From: Atractiella rhizophila
Taxonomy: Eukaryota
Length of the DNA stretch: 64,000 nucleotides
Assembly: GCA_021432655.1 (NCBI GenBank)
Contig: MU271341.1
Span: 1-64,000 of the forward strand
Reading direction: 5' to 3'
A program made the translations under genes and the position numbers. Shown in pieces: positions 38,223 through 51,427 of this stretch. A model generated the notes under the pieces. It was not told the DNA's origin. It was given only the letters and a program-made list of their open reading frames with translations, and did no database searches. Position 1 is the first letter of the stretch; each line of letters opens with the position of its first letter.

Positions 38223-39603
38223 TCAAAATAACTTTGAGAACGGCAGGGCCGGTGTGGGCTGCAGCCAATTCTTTTCGTCGAACTCATTTGAGCCCTCAAT
38301 CTAAAACCAATACAGTCAACAAAGCTAATAGAGACACTCGCAAGTAAAATGCTTACCATGTGAAATGTATAAATGAAGCGCGATTTCTGAGACAAATTCT
38401 TCGGACTTCTGTGTTCGACCTTTCCGTGGATTAGCACTAACGTTCCTGAGCATATAATGAGCTATGGATATCAATGCAGAATAGAAAGAGAGACGAACCC
38501 GCATCACAAGGTAACTCTCTCCAATCGTCTTCTTCAGTCGCATCGCGATAGTTCTCCAACTCTTCCTTGGTCAAATTATCAACGAAAGTAGTTCCTCCTC
38601 CTTCTGCGCGCACGAAGCGCGACTTGATCTTGCCCTCATTCCATTTATGCGAACCAGGAATAAAACTCAGGCATCCGTTGCTCTTACCGCATTCCTCAAG
38701 CGCGAACCAAAAACCTATCCCAACTCAAATGATTAAAAGTGTACTGTGAACGAGGTCACGCATACCGAGAGCAGAAGGTGGATTAGTATACAGAAAGGTG
38801 CTGTCATTGTGGATCGGGACAGATCCCCCAATCGATGGCTGTTTGCAAATGATCATGGACTGCAATACTCTAGGATCCCGATGGAACTGCAAGTCTCTGG
38901 CAACCGCTTTCAGAGACTCGTTTTCGAGCGTAAATTTGCGGAAGGTTGGATCAAGCTCATGTAACGCGTGACCTTGAATTGATTGAATATGGTCAACATT
39001 TCTTTCAGTATGCAGCGCAAAATGACGAGTGACGGACCAATTTTGTTGATGGCTAATTCTTTGGGACGCGTGAGGTTTCCTGCTTGGTCGAAGGCGGAAT
39101 CTTCAAAGAAGAATCGGATCTGTTTTCAAATCAGCACAATGTTACTGAGAACCTATGTAAACGCACTTTATCACCAGAGTTGAGGAAATAATCATCGCTT
39201 CTTGGTGCGTGAGCGCGTAACTTTGGTACAGGATAACGACTAACCCAACATGCTTGCTATCTTTCGAGTCAGCAGTCGTAAACTTGGTCTAATAGCACAT
39301 TTAGCATCCAAGAAAATTAAAGATATCCAGCTGCTCGCCTTTGGATGGGCTTCAAGATCGAAGTCCCTCAAGAGCTCCTGCGAACGGCGGAGGAGAGCTT
39401 CGATTTCGTCTTTTGACATGAACGAAGGAATTGCTAAATAACTGTGATCTTTGTCAAACTCTTCAGTTATGGCAGTATCACAGCAACTACCCGTCACGTT
39501 CGAACTGAGCGTAATCTTATCAGTCCACATCCTTGAGGGCCATGAAGAAGAAAGATAAACACACTTGATCTTTCTGCTCCTGGGAGAGTGCAAACGACGC
39601 CAT
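38223..39603 (-). CDS. Phytanoyl-CoA dioxygenase (PhyH/PHYHD1-like) family protein, many short exons
   Basis: MASFALSQEQKDQ|FERDG|YLAIPSF; INKIGHALHELDP; QSMIICKQPSIGG; HNDSTFLYTNP (HxD); NGCLSFIPGSH; LIHGKVEHRS; KSRFIYTFHM; NWLQP. Confidence 0.9.
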
Positions 39604-39883
39604 TTTTTAAAATATTGTATTGAGGTGCTCAAAACCGTCCAATAGACTTCTTTGTCCTTCTTACGAACTCGATTCCTCCCTCTTGTCTTCGAAGAGACTA
39701 CCCAATGTTGGTGCAAGAGAGCAAACTAAAGAGACTTTACGGAAGCTGATCTTAGTGATAAAGGTTTCGGCAGAGAGGCTCCAAATTTTTCTGCGACTTT
39801 CCACCGATTTCGAGTCAAGCGACTTCTCCCCTTTCGTTCATCTGGATCGACAGCAGTGTGCTATATTTCGTGGGAGGCTTGAT

Positions 39884-41252
39884 ATGGAAGTCACAAATTC
39901 CCCAAAAGCTAAGAAAGGCGCAAAGGTTCGTTCCCGCTCCCCGCATCACCAAAAACGAGCTGATAGTGATCGTGTGCAGCCCATGGTGCAAGGAAAACGG
40001 AAAAGAGAGTCTAATCTAGCGATGGATGAAGCGATCAAAAAAGCAAAGGTACGGCTTTCTGCACTCTTAGTGGAAAGACGGAAGGTGACAGTGGTCGTGC
40101 TGTGATTCTTCAGATTGAAGCTACTCAGATTGAGCCGGAAGATGAAGGGTCGAGCGATAGCTCTGAGACTCCTGTGCCTCCATCTGCTATTCCCTCTCGT
40201 CTTCACGAACGCTTAGCAGAGATCAAGGCAGCGCGAGAAGCACGCTCCTCCCGCAAACGCCGGAACTCTGCCTCTCCCATCCTCTCCCTGTCCCTCTCCC
40301 CACCAGTAGCATCCTCGACGTCTTCTCCTGTCCCGGAAGGGGAATTTCAAGAGGGTCCGAAAAGTCGAGAAGAGATGTTAGCGGAACGGAAGAGGAGAGG
40401 AGAGATGAGAGATCGAAGGAGGAAGGCGACCAAGTTAAGAAAGAAGCAGGAGAAGTGGGAGACGAGGCAGGAAGAGAAAAGGTCAAGAAAGGAAGAGAAG
40501 GATAAAAAGACAGCGGAAGAAAAGACTAAGGGGAAGCAGAAGCTGGAGGAGAAGGACCTTACCTCCAAAACACCTGAAGCACCCCAGGTCTGTCTTTCTC
40601 CGCTACGATTCCTGATATGCGCTGAATTTAGAACGTATAGTCTGATGCTCCCATCGCTTCTACTTCCTCCCGAAAGATCGATGTCGATGTCGATGCTGCT
40701 AACTTCCGTTTCTCCAACCTTGACTTCACCCCCGCAAGCACTACCGACGTCGCGACATCGATTGCATCTTTCAAGAAACCGCAAAAGAATAGCACTGAAA
40801 CGGCTTTAGCAGCCATCGAGAAACGACGCAAATTCCTAGATAAGCTCAACCCCGCATGTTTGGAGAGGGCGGAGGAGAAGGACCGGTGGGAGAGCGCGAC
40901 GAAGCGTGCCGAAGGCGTCAAGGTAGCGGACAAGGAGGATGAAGAGAAATTAAAAAAGGCACTGAAGAGGAAGGAGAAGCAGAAAGATAAGAGCAGGAAG
41001 GATTGGTTCGTCCCCTTTTTGGTACTCTCTAATTTAAGCTGATGTGTTTTGGTGTATAGGAAGGAGAGACAGGTTCAGGCCGCTGATAAGATGAAGGAGC
41101 GACAGCAGAAGCGGGCAGATAATATTGCGGCAAGAGCCCAGGCGAAGAAGGACAAGCGGATGGGAGTGAAAGGGAAGAAAGCGGGCAAGGCTCGACCTGG
41201 ATTCGAGGGTGGAAGGGTGAGAAAGAGTGGTGTGATGGGGAAACGAAAGTGA
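39884..41252 (+). CDS. RRP14: Surfeit locus protein 6 / Rrp14 nucleolar protein; start approximate
   Basis: KRAEGVKVADKEDEEKLKKALKRKEKQKDKSRKDW|KER...RQQKRADNI...ARPGFEG. Confidence 0.85.
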
Positions 41253-41476
41253 TAGCTTTCTTTCTCGTCTAATTCTCCAGCTGTTTTAGTCCACCGTTGT
41301 CGACAAGTTCACATGTTTCGCAAAACGTTACGCCTATGTCCCATCCCAATTCAACATTTTCTAGTCTGTACATTATTGCAATAACGACAGGATATATCTC
41401 TTCCATCCGCAGACAACAAAACAGGCAGGGTAATCAGAACATGGGCAGTCGCAGACCATTTGAATATCGAATCTCT

Positions 41477-43266
41477 TCACTTTTTCTTGTTGCTGGTAGA
41501 ATTCTTTGGCAATTCTCGTACGAAAGGAATGAAGTCACGACCTTGCATGTATGGTCGAAGTACTTCAGGGATGATGAGACCCTACAATAATAAGTTGAGA
41601 TGAGTAACAGAATATTGGAAGAAAGTGGACAGACCTCTGGTGTTTGGTAGTTTTCAACGATGCAGCAGAGAGCACGCTCGGTCGCACAAAGCGTTCCGTT
41701 GAGCATGTGGACGTAGACCTTCTTTGTGTCTCCTTGCTTCTTGACACCACAACGGACTTCAAGGCTTCTCGATTCTACGAAGGTTACTCTCAGCTCTTGT
41801 CTGAAGAAAAAAAGGAGAGAAAAGACGAACGATAATCTGTGCAGTTGCTGACGCTGACGAGCTCCTTATGCTCTCCTTGATAAGGGAACCAAGCTTCCAA
41901 ATCGTACTTCTTCGCCGCCGCATTGTTTAACGCGCTGGAAACGATGCTGACCAGCCTATAGGGGAGCTTGAGGGACTGATAGAACTCCTCAGAGTGCGCA
42001 ACCATGTCTTCGAACATCGCCCAGGATTTGGAAGGGTCAGTGATGCAGAACTGTTCCACCTTCTCGAACTGATGAACTCGAAAGATGCCCCAGGTGTCAC
42101 GACCGTGAGAGCCGGCTTCCTTCCGGAAACAAGTCGAGTAGCCCGCGTAACTGGACGGAGGGAAGGTTAGATGGTAATTTGCAGGAGGGGAAGACGAACA
42201 GTTTTGGCAGCTGAGTGTTGGGAGACTCAAACCATTCGTCTGCGTGATAAGCAGACAATGGTTGTTCAGAAGTAGCGATGAGGTATTTATCGTCTTGTCC
42301 GTCTCCGGTGAGCTATGTCCATCCAGTCTCAGTTTTCATTGTCCCCGTCAACAAAACTGGCTGTCACACCTTGTATAGGTTCTCGTCAAACTCTTCCAGC
42401 TGAGCAGTCTTGCCCATCAGCGATTTGTGCATCATAAACGGTGTCATCACTTTCTTGTAGTTCTTTTTCCGGAGGAAGTCGAGACCGTAGTTGATAAGCG
42501 CTTGGTTGAGATCGACGCCGTCGTTGATCAGAAAGAATCCGCGGTGACCAGCAATCTTGACACCTTCAAATTTCTATCAGCCAATGCAACCACGCCGATG
42601 TTAGATGCTCACCTCGATCTTGATCGAGTAGTTCCAATCGATACATGACTTCGTGGTGGGAGAGAATATCTGTCTTTTTCTCAGGTGTAGCATTTGGACC
42701 ATCAGGATGCCATGTTCGAATGATAGCGTTATCATCCTAGCCGCAAATACCTCAGCTTCGTACTTTATCAGCCTTTCGAAAGAGACATACCTCCGTGTTG
42801 CTCACCGGCACACTGTCATGCACTATGTTACCAATCGTCCCAGCTTTCGCTTTCATGGCAGCCTCCGCTTCTGTAGCCTTCCCTTTCATGGCCTCGATCT
42901 CCGAATCAAGTGCCGTCTTCTGCTTCAGCAAATCGCTCGCATCCTCCTTCGCCTAACATTACTCGTCAGTCTAAAGTTCTCCTCTGATATAAGACAGGTA
43001 TACACACTTTTTTCTTGGCTCCGATGTCCTTCTGCAACAAATTCACATTGCGTTGAAGCTGCATCAGCTCATAGTTGACTGAGGATGGACGCGATCAACC
43101 TCAAGCTTCCCGTAGGAAATGAAAACTGCGCACGTTTGTTCCAAGCCTTATACATCTCCAAAACCTCATCCACTAGCTCCTCAGAAGCATTTCTTCGCTT
43201 CTGAGAGAGCTTGACGACCTCTGGCTCTCCGCCTTTATCTGGATTAAGCAACTGGATATCGATCAT
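41477..43266 (-). CDS. SES1: Cytosolic seryl-tRNA synthetase, multi-exon
   Basis: [78 protein letters not shown]. Confidence 0.97.
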
Positions 43267-43552
43267 GCTGATTCTTGTTTGTATTTCGTGTGGGTGGCCT
43301 CTGTGTTGATTTTAAAGACTTGTGAAGCTAACAGAGCTCGATTTATGGCAACGATCTCGACTCAGTTCGCAAGATTTTTGTAGTTGCGAGTCATAGTCTT
43401 GTTGTAGTCACACTGACTACACTGACTCACAAGGAGCTCCCGCAGTAAGTATGATCGATATCTATCATTTCACGATTTCATGAGTGTTTAAGTTTCCACG
43501 TTCACACCCTCTTATCAGCTTCTTCACCCTAGCGAAAACTACCTTGTGATCA

Positions 43553-45541
43553 ATGGCTATTTCTGATGTCCAGCAAGACCGACCTGGAGCCATCCATGAT
43601 GAGCTGGACAGCTACTTGAACACGGACCTTGAAGGGTTGAGCAAGCTGGAGGTGGATGAAAGTAAGAGAGATGAAGGATATGAACCGCGATGTATGTGAC
43701 TTATGCTTAGGTAGATTGGTTTGAGGAGTAATGTGTGCGCATTAAATTGTCTTTCATTGGGCATCATTAGATGATCGGCCGACCCATTGTCTGCATACTC
43801 AGGGGGAGCTAACTGGTGGGACATTGGTCATCCTGCATCAAGTGAAGGTAATGTTGGGTATGTCATTAGCCAACAATGACACTTTGCTTCGAAGCGTCCC
43901 AAAATGGCATGCTTTCAATCTCGCTTCGAAGCTTATATTGGGAAAAGTCTTTCTGTGTTTACCTCCATCAATAACTAATCGACATGTCCAGCCGCGTTCA
44001 ATGTCAAATCAAAAGCGCATGACTTACCGACCGAGATTCTTCTTCAAATTTTTCAATACCTCTCGATAGATATCTTCTTCTACCAGCCCTTCGATCCCAC
44101 TGAGAGCTTTGTTCCTTCGTTCGAAACTATATGACCTCTCCTATTCGTCTGCAAGCAGTGGTATGGCCCTGCTCGTTGCATTCTTGCTCGATCCTTGATC
44201 TTTGCATCTGCCAAGCGACAATGGTACTTTCCCCCGATTAACGACATTGAATTCGTGAGGAACATCCGCTCAGTGTGGTTCGACATAACATCCCCCGATA
44301 ATTCTGTGGCCTAGAAGACTCTCGAGCTCGCAAGATCCCGGTTGGATAGCCTGGTTTTGAGAATCCCCTTCAGTCCCAGTTTTCCAAACACGAAAATGCC
44401 TTCCTTGCCGACATTGAAACGGTTACGGCTGTCTGGAATGTTCTTCGAACCTGTACAGAGAAAGCCTGCTTTCACCGATTCTTTCTTCACCGATTTGGAC
44501 TCGGTGACCAGAGATCTCACTGTTCTTGTCATCCACAACATGTGGATCTGCCCTTTCAAGACAGGCGTCCCGCAGTTCATCAATTTGCGCATACTTGAGC
44601 TGTCAGATGTTGTAGTGGATATCGACGTGGCCTCGATCATGTTTCGGGCATCTCCTATTCGTTCTCTCACGCTACGTGATATCCAAGGTGAAAAAAGGCA
44701 ACATTATGGCGAGTTCTTTGCTTTATTTCAAAACACATTATTGGACCTTAATATTCACAAACGAGCTGCCACTGGTCCCCAGATCCTCCATCTTCATCCC
44801 CCCCTCCACACTCTTAAACATTTAACTATAGACACCTCGTACCACCTTTCGCCAACCCAGATCATCGCCATTTTGGCGCACCGCTCTTTAAAGACTTTCT
44901 CTGTCGAATGTGGTTCGCTTCCCCTTTCCGAAACAATTCTGTCAGAAGACCATGCTCAGCCATTGGACCAACTTGAATCAATTGCTGTAAAACCAATTTT
45001 CTCGGCGTCCGAAACGTCATTGTTGCCTTTCCTTTCTCCAAGTAACACCAGTCTTCGTTTTGTCGACATTCTCGGGAGTTGTTTCTTCGAAGGATGTGAA
45101 GTCTTTCTCAACGCTCTTATCAACCTTCCTCATCATGATCACATCTCCCTATCGTTCCATTGGGATGATTACGAGAGTGACATGCCTTTGGACATATTGT
45201 CCCAATTCTCAGCCCTTCACTTACGACACTTGCACTCCTTCCCCCCAAAATGGCGTTGGCTCTCATCTGTGCTTCGCTCTCTACTCAGCGCTAATAGTAG
45301 AATCGTCTATTTGAATTTTCCTTTGGACTTGGACCCGAAGAAGGTGAAGCAGGAGCAGTTGTTACTGACTCTTCAGCATGTTGAAGCGGCTCGACTGCGA
45401 GGAGTTATGCTTACCTTCACCAAAGACATAACAGCGGTTACGCTGGCGGGGAACTCGGGCAAGAAGGTCGACATTAGTTCAGAAGATGAGGATCTTTGGA
45501 AGAGATGGGAACAAAGGTGGTGGAGTAGGGAAGAATCGTGA
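43553..45541 (+). pseudogene. F-box/LRR-like gene with two in-frame premature stops; 5' extent uncertain
   Basis: HDLPTEILLQIFQYLS...ETI*PLLFVCKQWYGPARCIL...SVA*KTLEL is in frame with the 399-aa ORF; TGA 44132-44134, TAG 44312-44314. Confidence 0.7.
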
Positions 45542-46017
45542 CTTGATTCAGGGACGGGACTCATCAGTCTGATTTGAGATTCATGATGACAGTTAGGCAC
45601 CATTTCCACGCTGTGGTGCCAATCATAAAGTTCTGCACCAAAGTGAAGACCACGCCGTTCCTTGGCTCCTTTTACTCCTGCCCTGTGTCTGGGATGTGAA
45701 TATCGGCACAGGCGAAGGTACTGCAACGTCTAATGTCAGTGATGAAGTGTCTCCGGGATTTCTTGTCTCTACCGCAATCGCTTCCTCTCTTTCTTGGACG
45801 AGTTAAACTCCCTGTTGACTCTTACTGATCTCACGAGTCAAGATACTGAGCAGCTTGGTGTTTTCGTGTTCTTTCTACTCGTGTCAGTCAAAGGCTTTGG
45901 TCGTCAGGCCGTTTGTCATCACAATTTGTGCAAGAATGAATCAAAACTTCAATGCGATTCCTACATGAATTTCGGAAGACGATGAGAAAGGAGAATGAAC
46001 CAAAAGAACAAGTGCAA

Positions 46018-48014
46018 CTATTGACTGCGCCCCCGTCCTCTACCTCGAGAACTCCCAGTACCACGCTCCGAACCCTTCCCGCGTCCTCGGTCCGTACCAT
46101 CTCCACCTCTCCATCCCCCTCGTCCTCGACCTCTACCCCGCTCTCCGTTCTGCGCTCTTGCAGCTTGGCCCATAGCTCTTCTTTCCTGCCGCTCCATCCA
46201 TTCTCGCTGCCTTTGCGCTGTTTGCAGAAGGGAAGGCGGCCATGCAACTGGATCCTCAAAGGGAGAAGCACAAACGTATTGAAGAGGCGCCCCGCGACGT
46301 ATCAAAGATGCAGCTCTTGCAAACTCCTAAAACACAATTTCAGCATCACCATACATCACCAACATGATTACTTCAGAGAGATGCAAGATGGGTGTACTAA
46401 CCTCCACTATCACGTCGACAACACGTGCTTGAATATTTTGGGCAGTGTTCCGCGTGAGAATAAAGGGATCTTGTATGACGAGTTTCTCGCTCCGCCAGCG
46501 AATATTTTGCTCTTCTGTTGCGCCATCTTCATGAACTTGCCCAGACTGCGGCGCATTATTATCTTCTCCTTGCTGGGACTGGTTCCATTCAGGTTCCAGG
46601 TCTTCCTCTGTCGCTTCTGGACCTGGCTCTATGCGCTCCTCTTCTTTTGCGTCTCCTCCCGCTGAGACGCTGGCGTCGCTGTCAGATTCTGAATCCGGAA
46701 GCGGAGTGTGGGTAGCTTCTTCTAAAGCATTCTTTGCTTCAAGTGCTGGAATATCCGACTTCTTTTTGTCTTTGGTCTTCTTTTCCTTCTTCTTCTTTCC
46801 AGGCCAATCTGACGCTCCATACGGTATCCGTCTAAGTCGAACACCGCCAGAAGAGATAGAGACTATTGAGGAGGTGGTATCGAACCCCATGCCGCTGTAG
46901 AATTCGAAAAATCCGAGAATGGCATCCTCAATCGACATTGTCCTCCCACTCCAATTTAGAGCAGAGGTGGGAAGGAAGTCAGTATTGAATCCAACAGGAG
47001 GACGAACGCTTCCATTGCCAGATTTTCGCGGTAGAGTGAAGAAGAGGCGTGCCTGACGGTATTTGAGGAGATTGGGGTCTTGGAGGTTGGGGAGGATACC
47101 AACAGTTTGGAGATAAGCAATGAGAAGGAGAATTATCGAGTAAGAACTGAGTGTAGTGATCCCTGATTATAGTTAGCTGTTTTCAGTGGTGACGAGAACG
47201 CAACTGAAAAGGAAATCATACCACGACTCCCACTTGGATCATTTAAGCCGCGCGACTTTGCCCAATATTTGAGAAATATGGCGACCACCTTAACTAAACC
47301 GGGATTGATGGAAAGATACGCGTTGAGCATTGCACTGTTATAAACGCCAAAGCGCTCATTGCAATTGAGATCACCTGGAGAGAGGTCATCGGACTGGAGC
47401 GACAAAAGGAGACTGAGCACACCAGAGAAATGATATCCACCAAATGTTGCACTGAATTTACATATTGGGACTGCCGCCTCGATTGGTTGTACGGTCGTGA
47501 ACATCCGATTTTGTCTGTGCCCAAACCCAGCTTAGCTAAAACAAAGCAGTCGCGGTGGAGACACCAACCTCAGAATATTAGCGAGCTGTCGCACATTATA
47601 GCACGAAGGGAGCTCCTCGTCCACCTTGTCCGACGCCTTCTCGAATCCTCTCGGCCTGGACTCATCCATAATGCAGAGATCAAGGTCAGAGTAAGCGTTG
47701 GAGAGACCAGTAACGCTCGAACCGAAGAGCTGGACTTGGAAGCGAAATCCAGGTCCTAGACTCTGCTGTAGCTGCTGTTGCAAGTTCGCAATGAATCCAT
47801 TTCGGGCATGAACAATCTCTGCCGGCACTGAATGGTTCCAAAAGAGTTGCTGAACTTGAGTCTCGAAAGCTGAGCGAGGAGGAGGGGGAAGCGGCCGCGA
47901 AGATGGTGGAGGAGAGAAAGCTGATGAGCTGGAGCCAGCCACGAAATTATCGTGATCCAAAAACGCCATTCGATTGGCACTTGCAAAATAGGTCGTAGTT
48001 GTGGGAAATTCCAT
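46018..48014 (-). CDS. Cid1/TUTase-family non-canonical poly(A)/poly(U) polymerase with an RGG-rich tail
   Basis: QLFGSSVTGLSNAYSDLDLCI (GS...DxD), DLNCNERFGVYNSAML, FLKYWAKSRGLNDP, LVIQDPFILTRNTAQNI. Confidence 0.88.
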
Positions 48015-48478
48015 GGCACTGCTGTGGACGCAAAATCAATGATGAGAGATTTAGGTTGGAGTGGAACAGAGTCAGGAGCAGGGTGCGTTACCTGGCACGC
48101 TTGCTAATGTTGGTAGAAACCAGTTTGGTCGATTTGGGCTTTCTGAACTTTTTGATGGGCTTGTTATTTGTTGAACGTAACAGTTCCACGCCTTTCTGGG
48201 GGCTGAAACTTCGCGAAGGCTTCATCAAAGGTTGAAAGTATAATGTTTGCTTTGTTGCCAGTGCACGCACGTTGCACCATGACTCGATCTCGCGGGAAGC
48301 TGCCGTCAAGTAATTTCTTCTGCGGAGGATTCCCAAGATGCTGGTGCACCTTATACTATCTGTCAGTGTAAAGAAATGAAGACGCAATGGGATGGGGTAT
48401 CAAAGTACAAGTAATTGTCCACATCGGGTTTACATTACATCAACTAACGCTGCCAAATGTACTATTGTACACTCAGTC

Positions 48479-50230
48479 TTAAAAAATCTTTCCTCTACGT
48501 CTTCTACGCTCTCCAAGAATCCACCAAAGAGCAGCTACGGAAGCAACGCTCGCCGCACCGCTTGCAAAACCAACCAATCCGTTGCCCTTCTGCTCTGTCA
48601 TCGTCTCTCCCGCTTTGGACTTTAGAACTGAAATCCACGAAGAAGAGGAAGAACCGGATTTCGAGGAGGATGGTGTAGAATTAGATTCTAGGACTTCGAG
48701 ACGGGAAGTGACGGATCGAAGTTGAGTGATGAGGTTTCGAAGGTTGAAAGAGTTGGGAGGAGTGAGTGTGGTGGAGGATGAGTCTTCCTCTGCTTCGTCC
48801 TCCGATTCTTCTTCGTCTTCTTCCGATTCTTCAGCAGTCTCAGACTCTCCCTCCTTTTTCTGAAACCAAGATCCAAGTTCGGGCAAGAAATTGTTCTCGC
48901 TCTCATCTGGCTCCGGAAGGGTAGAAGCGAGTTTAGCGAGCGCACGCAAAGACTTGGGTATCATCTTCGTGATAACTGTGCGAGTAACAGAGGATGGGAC
49001 CCAAGCTACTCATCGCTTCATCAGTCCTGTCTAAGAGGTTGAGAAAGAGACGACGTACAACCCAAACCGCTCAGATCTGTGATCTGGATCAATCGGGAGC
49101 CCTGTCCCTCCGCGCCATACTCTTCAACAATGAACCCTGACACATCGAGCTTCATTCGGTTGTACGCTCGCTCTTCAGGTGCCCGAGGATGTTCAACTGA
49201 GGTTGCTGCAACTACCATCTTCAATCCATTCTTCTTCCCTTTGTCGTCAGGGTATACGGATGGTGTCCCTTCTGGGAGGGAAGCAATAGAGGAGAGCAGG
49301 ACCATGTCTACAATACTGTCAGCGCACAGATAGACAAGCAGCTGAGTAGTCTGTTGACGCACCCTTTGGTTTAATGATTGCCATCCCCTTCATCTTGAGA
49401 TGGGAAATAGTCCCTAACCGGCCTTGAGAGAGGGGAGGTCTGATATCCTCAATCGTCTCTCCAGAATCACAAATACTATCCCACTCCTTTCGCCTTTACA
49501 CCGACACAAAAGTAGAAACGGCTCAATACCCACATCCCATGACAATACACAGCAAAAGAACACACCTCGTAACGTCCCTCAGGCCCTGAATGAGCTTCTT
49601 AACCGGCACATCCTCGAAAGTTGCACAAATGGCATACAGTCCACTCTGCGTAGGATGCTCTACCACCACTAGATCATTGTCTTCTTCTGCGCGAAATATG
49701 GACTTCCAATCTTTGAGAGGGAGAGGAGGGAGGGATGCAGGTCCAGAGGGAGAAGGTTGCGGTAGGACGGAGAGAACATTGGGCGAAGAGATGGAGAGGA
49801 AGCGATGGAGAGTGCGATCCAACATCGAAGGCGGAAAGAGTGGATGGACTTTCGGTTGCCTCGCTCCTTTTATCCTAAGCTTTCCCTTCTTCGCTTTCTG
49901 TTCCACCTTGACATCTTCGTCCTTTTCAGTCACTGCAATCTCCTGCTGTGTTGGGGTTGCAGTCTTCGACGTAATCTTGCTCTTCACTCGCAAGAAGTTG
50001 TTGAGGAGGAACAGGAACACAACCTCAAAAAGGGTAATGTGTAAGTTATCTAATGAGAAGCGTTCTGCCCATCCACGCGCCAATCAACAAATTTCGCAGG
50101 CAAGATCTATGAAGGAATACTTACCCCGGAGCTGAAGCAGGAGATACAGGGGCGTGAACGACAGTGAAGCCCAGCTCACAAGTGTGAGGGTATCGGGAGC
50201 CGGTGAGCGTGTTGACAGTACTGTACTCAT
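48479..50230 (-). CDS. START/SRPBCC-fold lipid-binding protein with N- and C-terminal hydrophobic segments
   Basis: RKEWDSI, KPK|DMVLLS, AATSVEHPRAP...YNRMKLDVSGFIVE, SRLIQITDLSGLG|SWVPSSV follow the START pattern. Confidence 0.65.
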
Positions 50231-50579
50231 TGGTGGCGTGCAGGCGTCGCTGACAGACTGCTGAGGGAGTTCGAGGTCAAGGGATGGTGGTGTTGTGTGT
50301 TGCTTCGTTCCCTTCGTTTTGAGTCGTGAAATAAAGCCGGAAGCACTTGCCGGGTCGCCGTCTCGGGCTCACGTGCCTTGTAGGAAACTCAAAATATGCG
50401 ACACAAAAGGATAAAATTACAGAGAGATCAAAAAGTCACAATAATACAGCAGCGGTGAACGGCGACAACGATCTGAAGGGCAACAAATGCTGAGGGGGAC
50501 AGCTCTAAAGAGTCCCGGGAACATCCCCTTCAGTGCTCGATAGTCTAGTGTGCAGGCATATAACTCACAGAACAGAATA

Positions 50580-51284
50580 TCAGAGACCCCTCCGCTGAAT
50601 CTGACCGAGAAGCACATCCACCCTCTTTCCCAGCTTTGGCTGCCCCTTCTTCGTTTTTTCCTTCCACTTATTTGAATCCTCTGCTCTCCTCTTCCTCGCA
50701 TCCTCAATCCTAGCTTGTTTTTCTACTTCTCTCGCCTTTCTCTCTTTCTCCCGCTGCCGTTGCTGTGCCTTTTTATCCGCTTTTGTTGGCGGAACATAAG
50801 GACGTCTGGAAGGATGGAGCTTGGAGTGATTCGAAATAAATTCAGGTTTTGTGATCGCAGAAGAGTGTTCAGCTCGTTCAGGTGGCTTCTGTGAGGTCGA
50901 GCCCATGGGTTCAGACAGAGATTTGGGTTGCTCTTGAGTGCGAGACAGCTTTCTCGAGGCAGAGGTGTCCTTCGCTACCCGCAGAGAATTATCGTTTTCT
51001 TCGGTGGATTCCTCCTCGGAAGCTTTTTCTGGAGATCCGTCATCTTCGAGCGTTTCTTCGCGTCCTTTTCCATATCCCTCGTTCTTCAAAAGCTTGTGGT
51101 AAGACTTTTTAAGCTTTGCTTTCTGGATGAGGTTTCGCTTGATTTTTTTCGCTTTCTCAGCACAAAACTCTCAGTATTGATATTTAAAGAGAGTCAAAAA
51201 CGTACCTTTTCCAGTATAGGCGCCTGTCTTCGCCCTCGCAGCCACCTGGAAACCCTGCTTTCGCGTTGAGGTTGATTTCTCCAT
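50580..51284 (-). CDS. FYV7: rRNA-processing protein Fyv7/TAP26 family
   Basis: GFQVA...GAYTGK|...KLKKSYHKLLKNEG and C-terminal KTKKGQPKLGKRVDVLLGQI. Confidence 0.75.
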
Positions 51285-51427
51285 TTCTTGCGGAACCGAG
51301 TTTGTTTGGTGAGAAGTTGGGCAATCTCAACCGAATTCGACCATCTCCAATCTCGCCACCGTTTTCTGTCCCCCTTAACTGCCTTCCAGTCCCCTCTATC
51401 ACTAGAACCAGCGCAAAAAGCACTCTT

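Noticed and set aside
44132..44134. In-frame TGA as selenocysteine or readthrough
   Set aside because: A second in-frame stop (TAG) follows, the position is not a redox Cys site, and no SECIS is evident
45735..45850. GTGATGA...CTGA, possible box C/D snoRNA
   Set aside because: No terminal stem and no rRNA-complementary guide that I could identify
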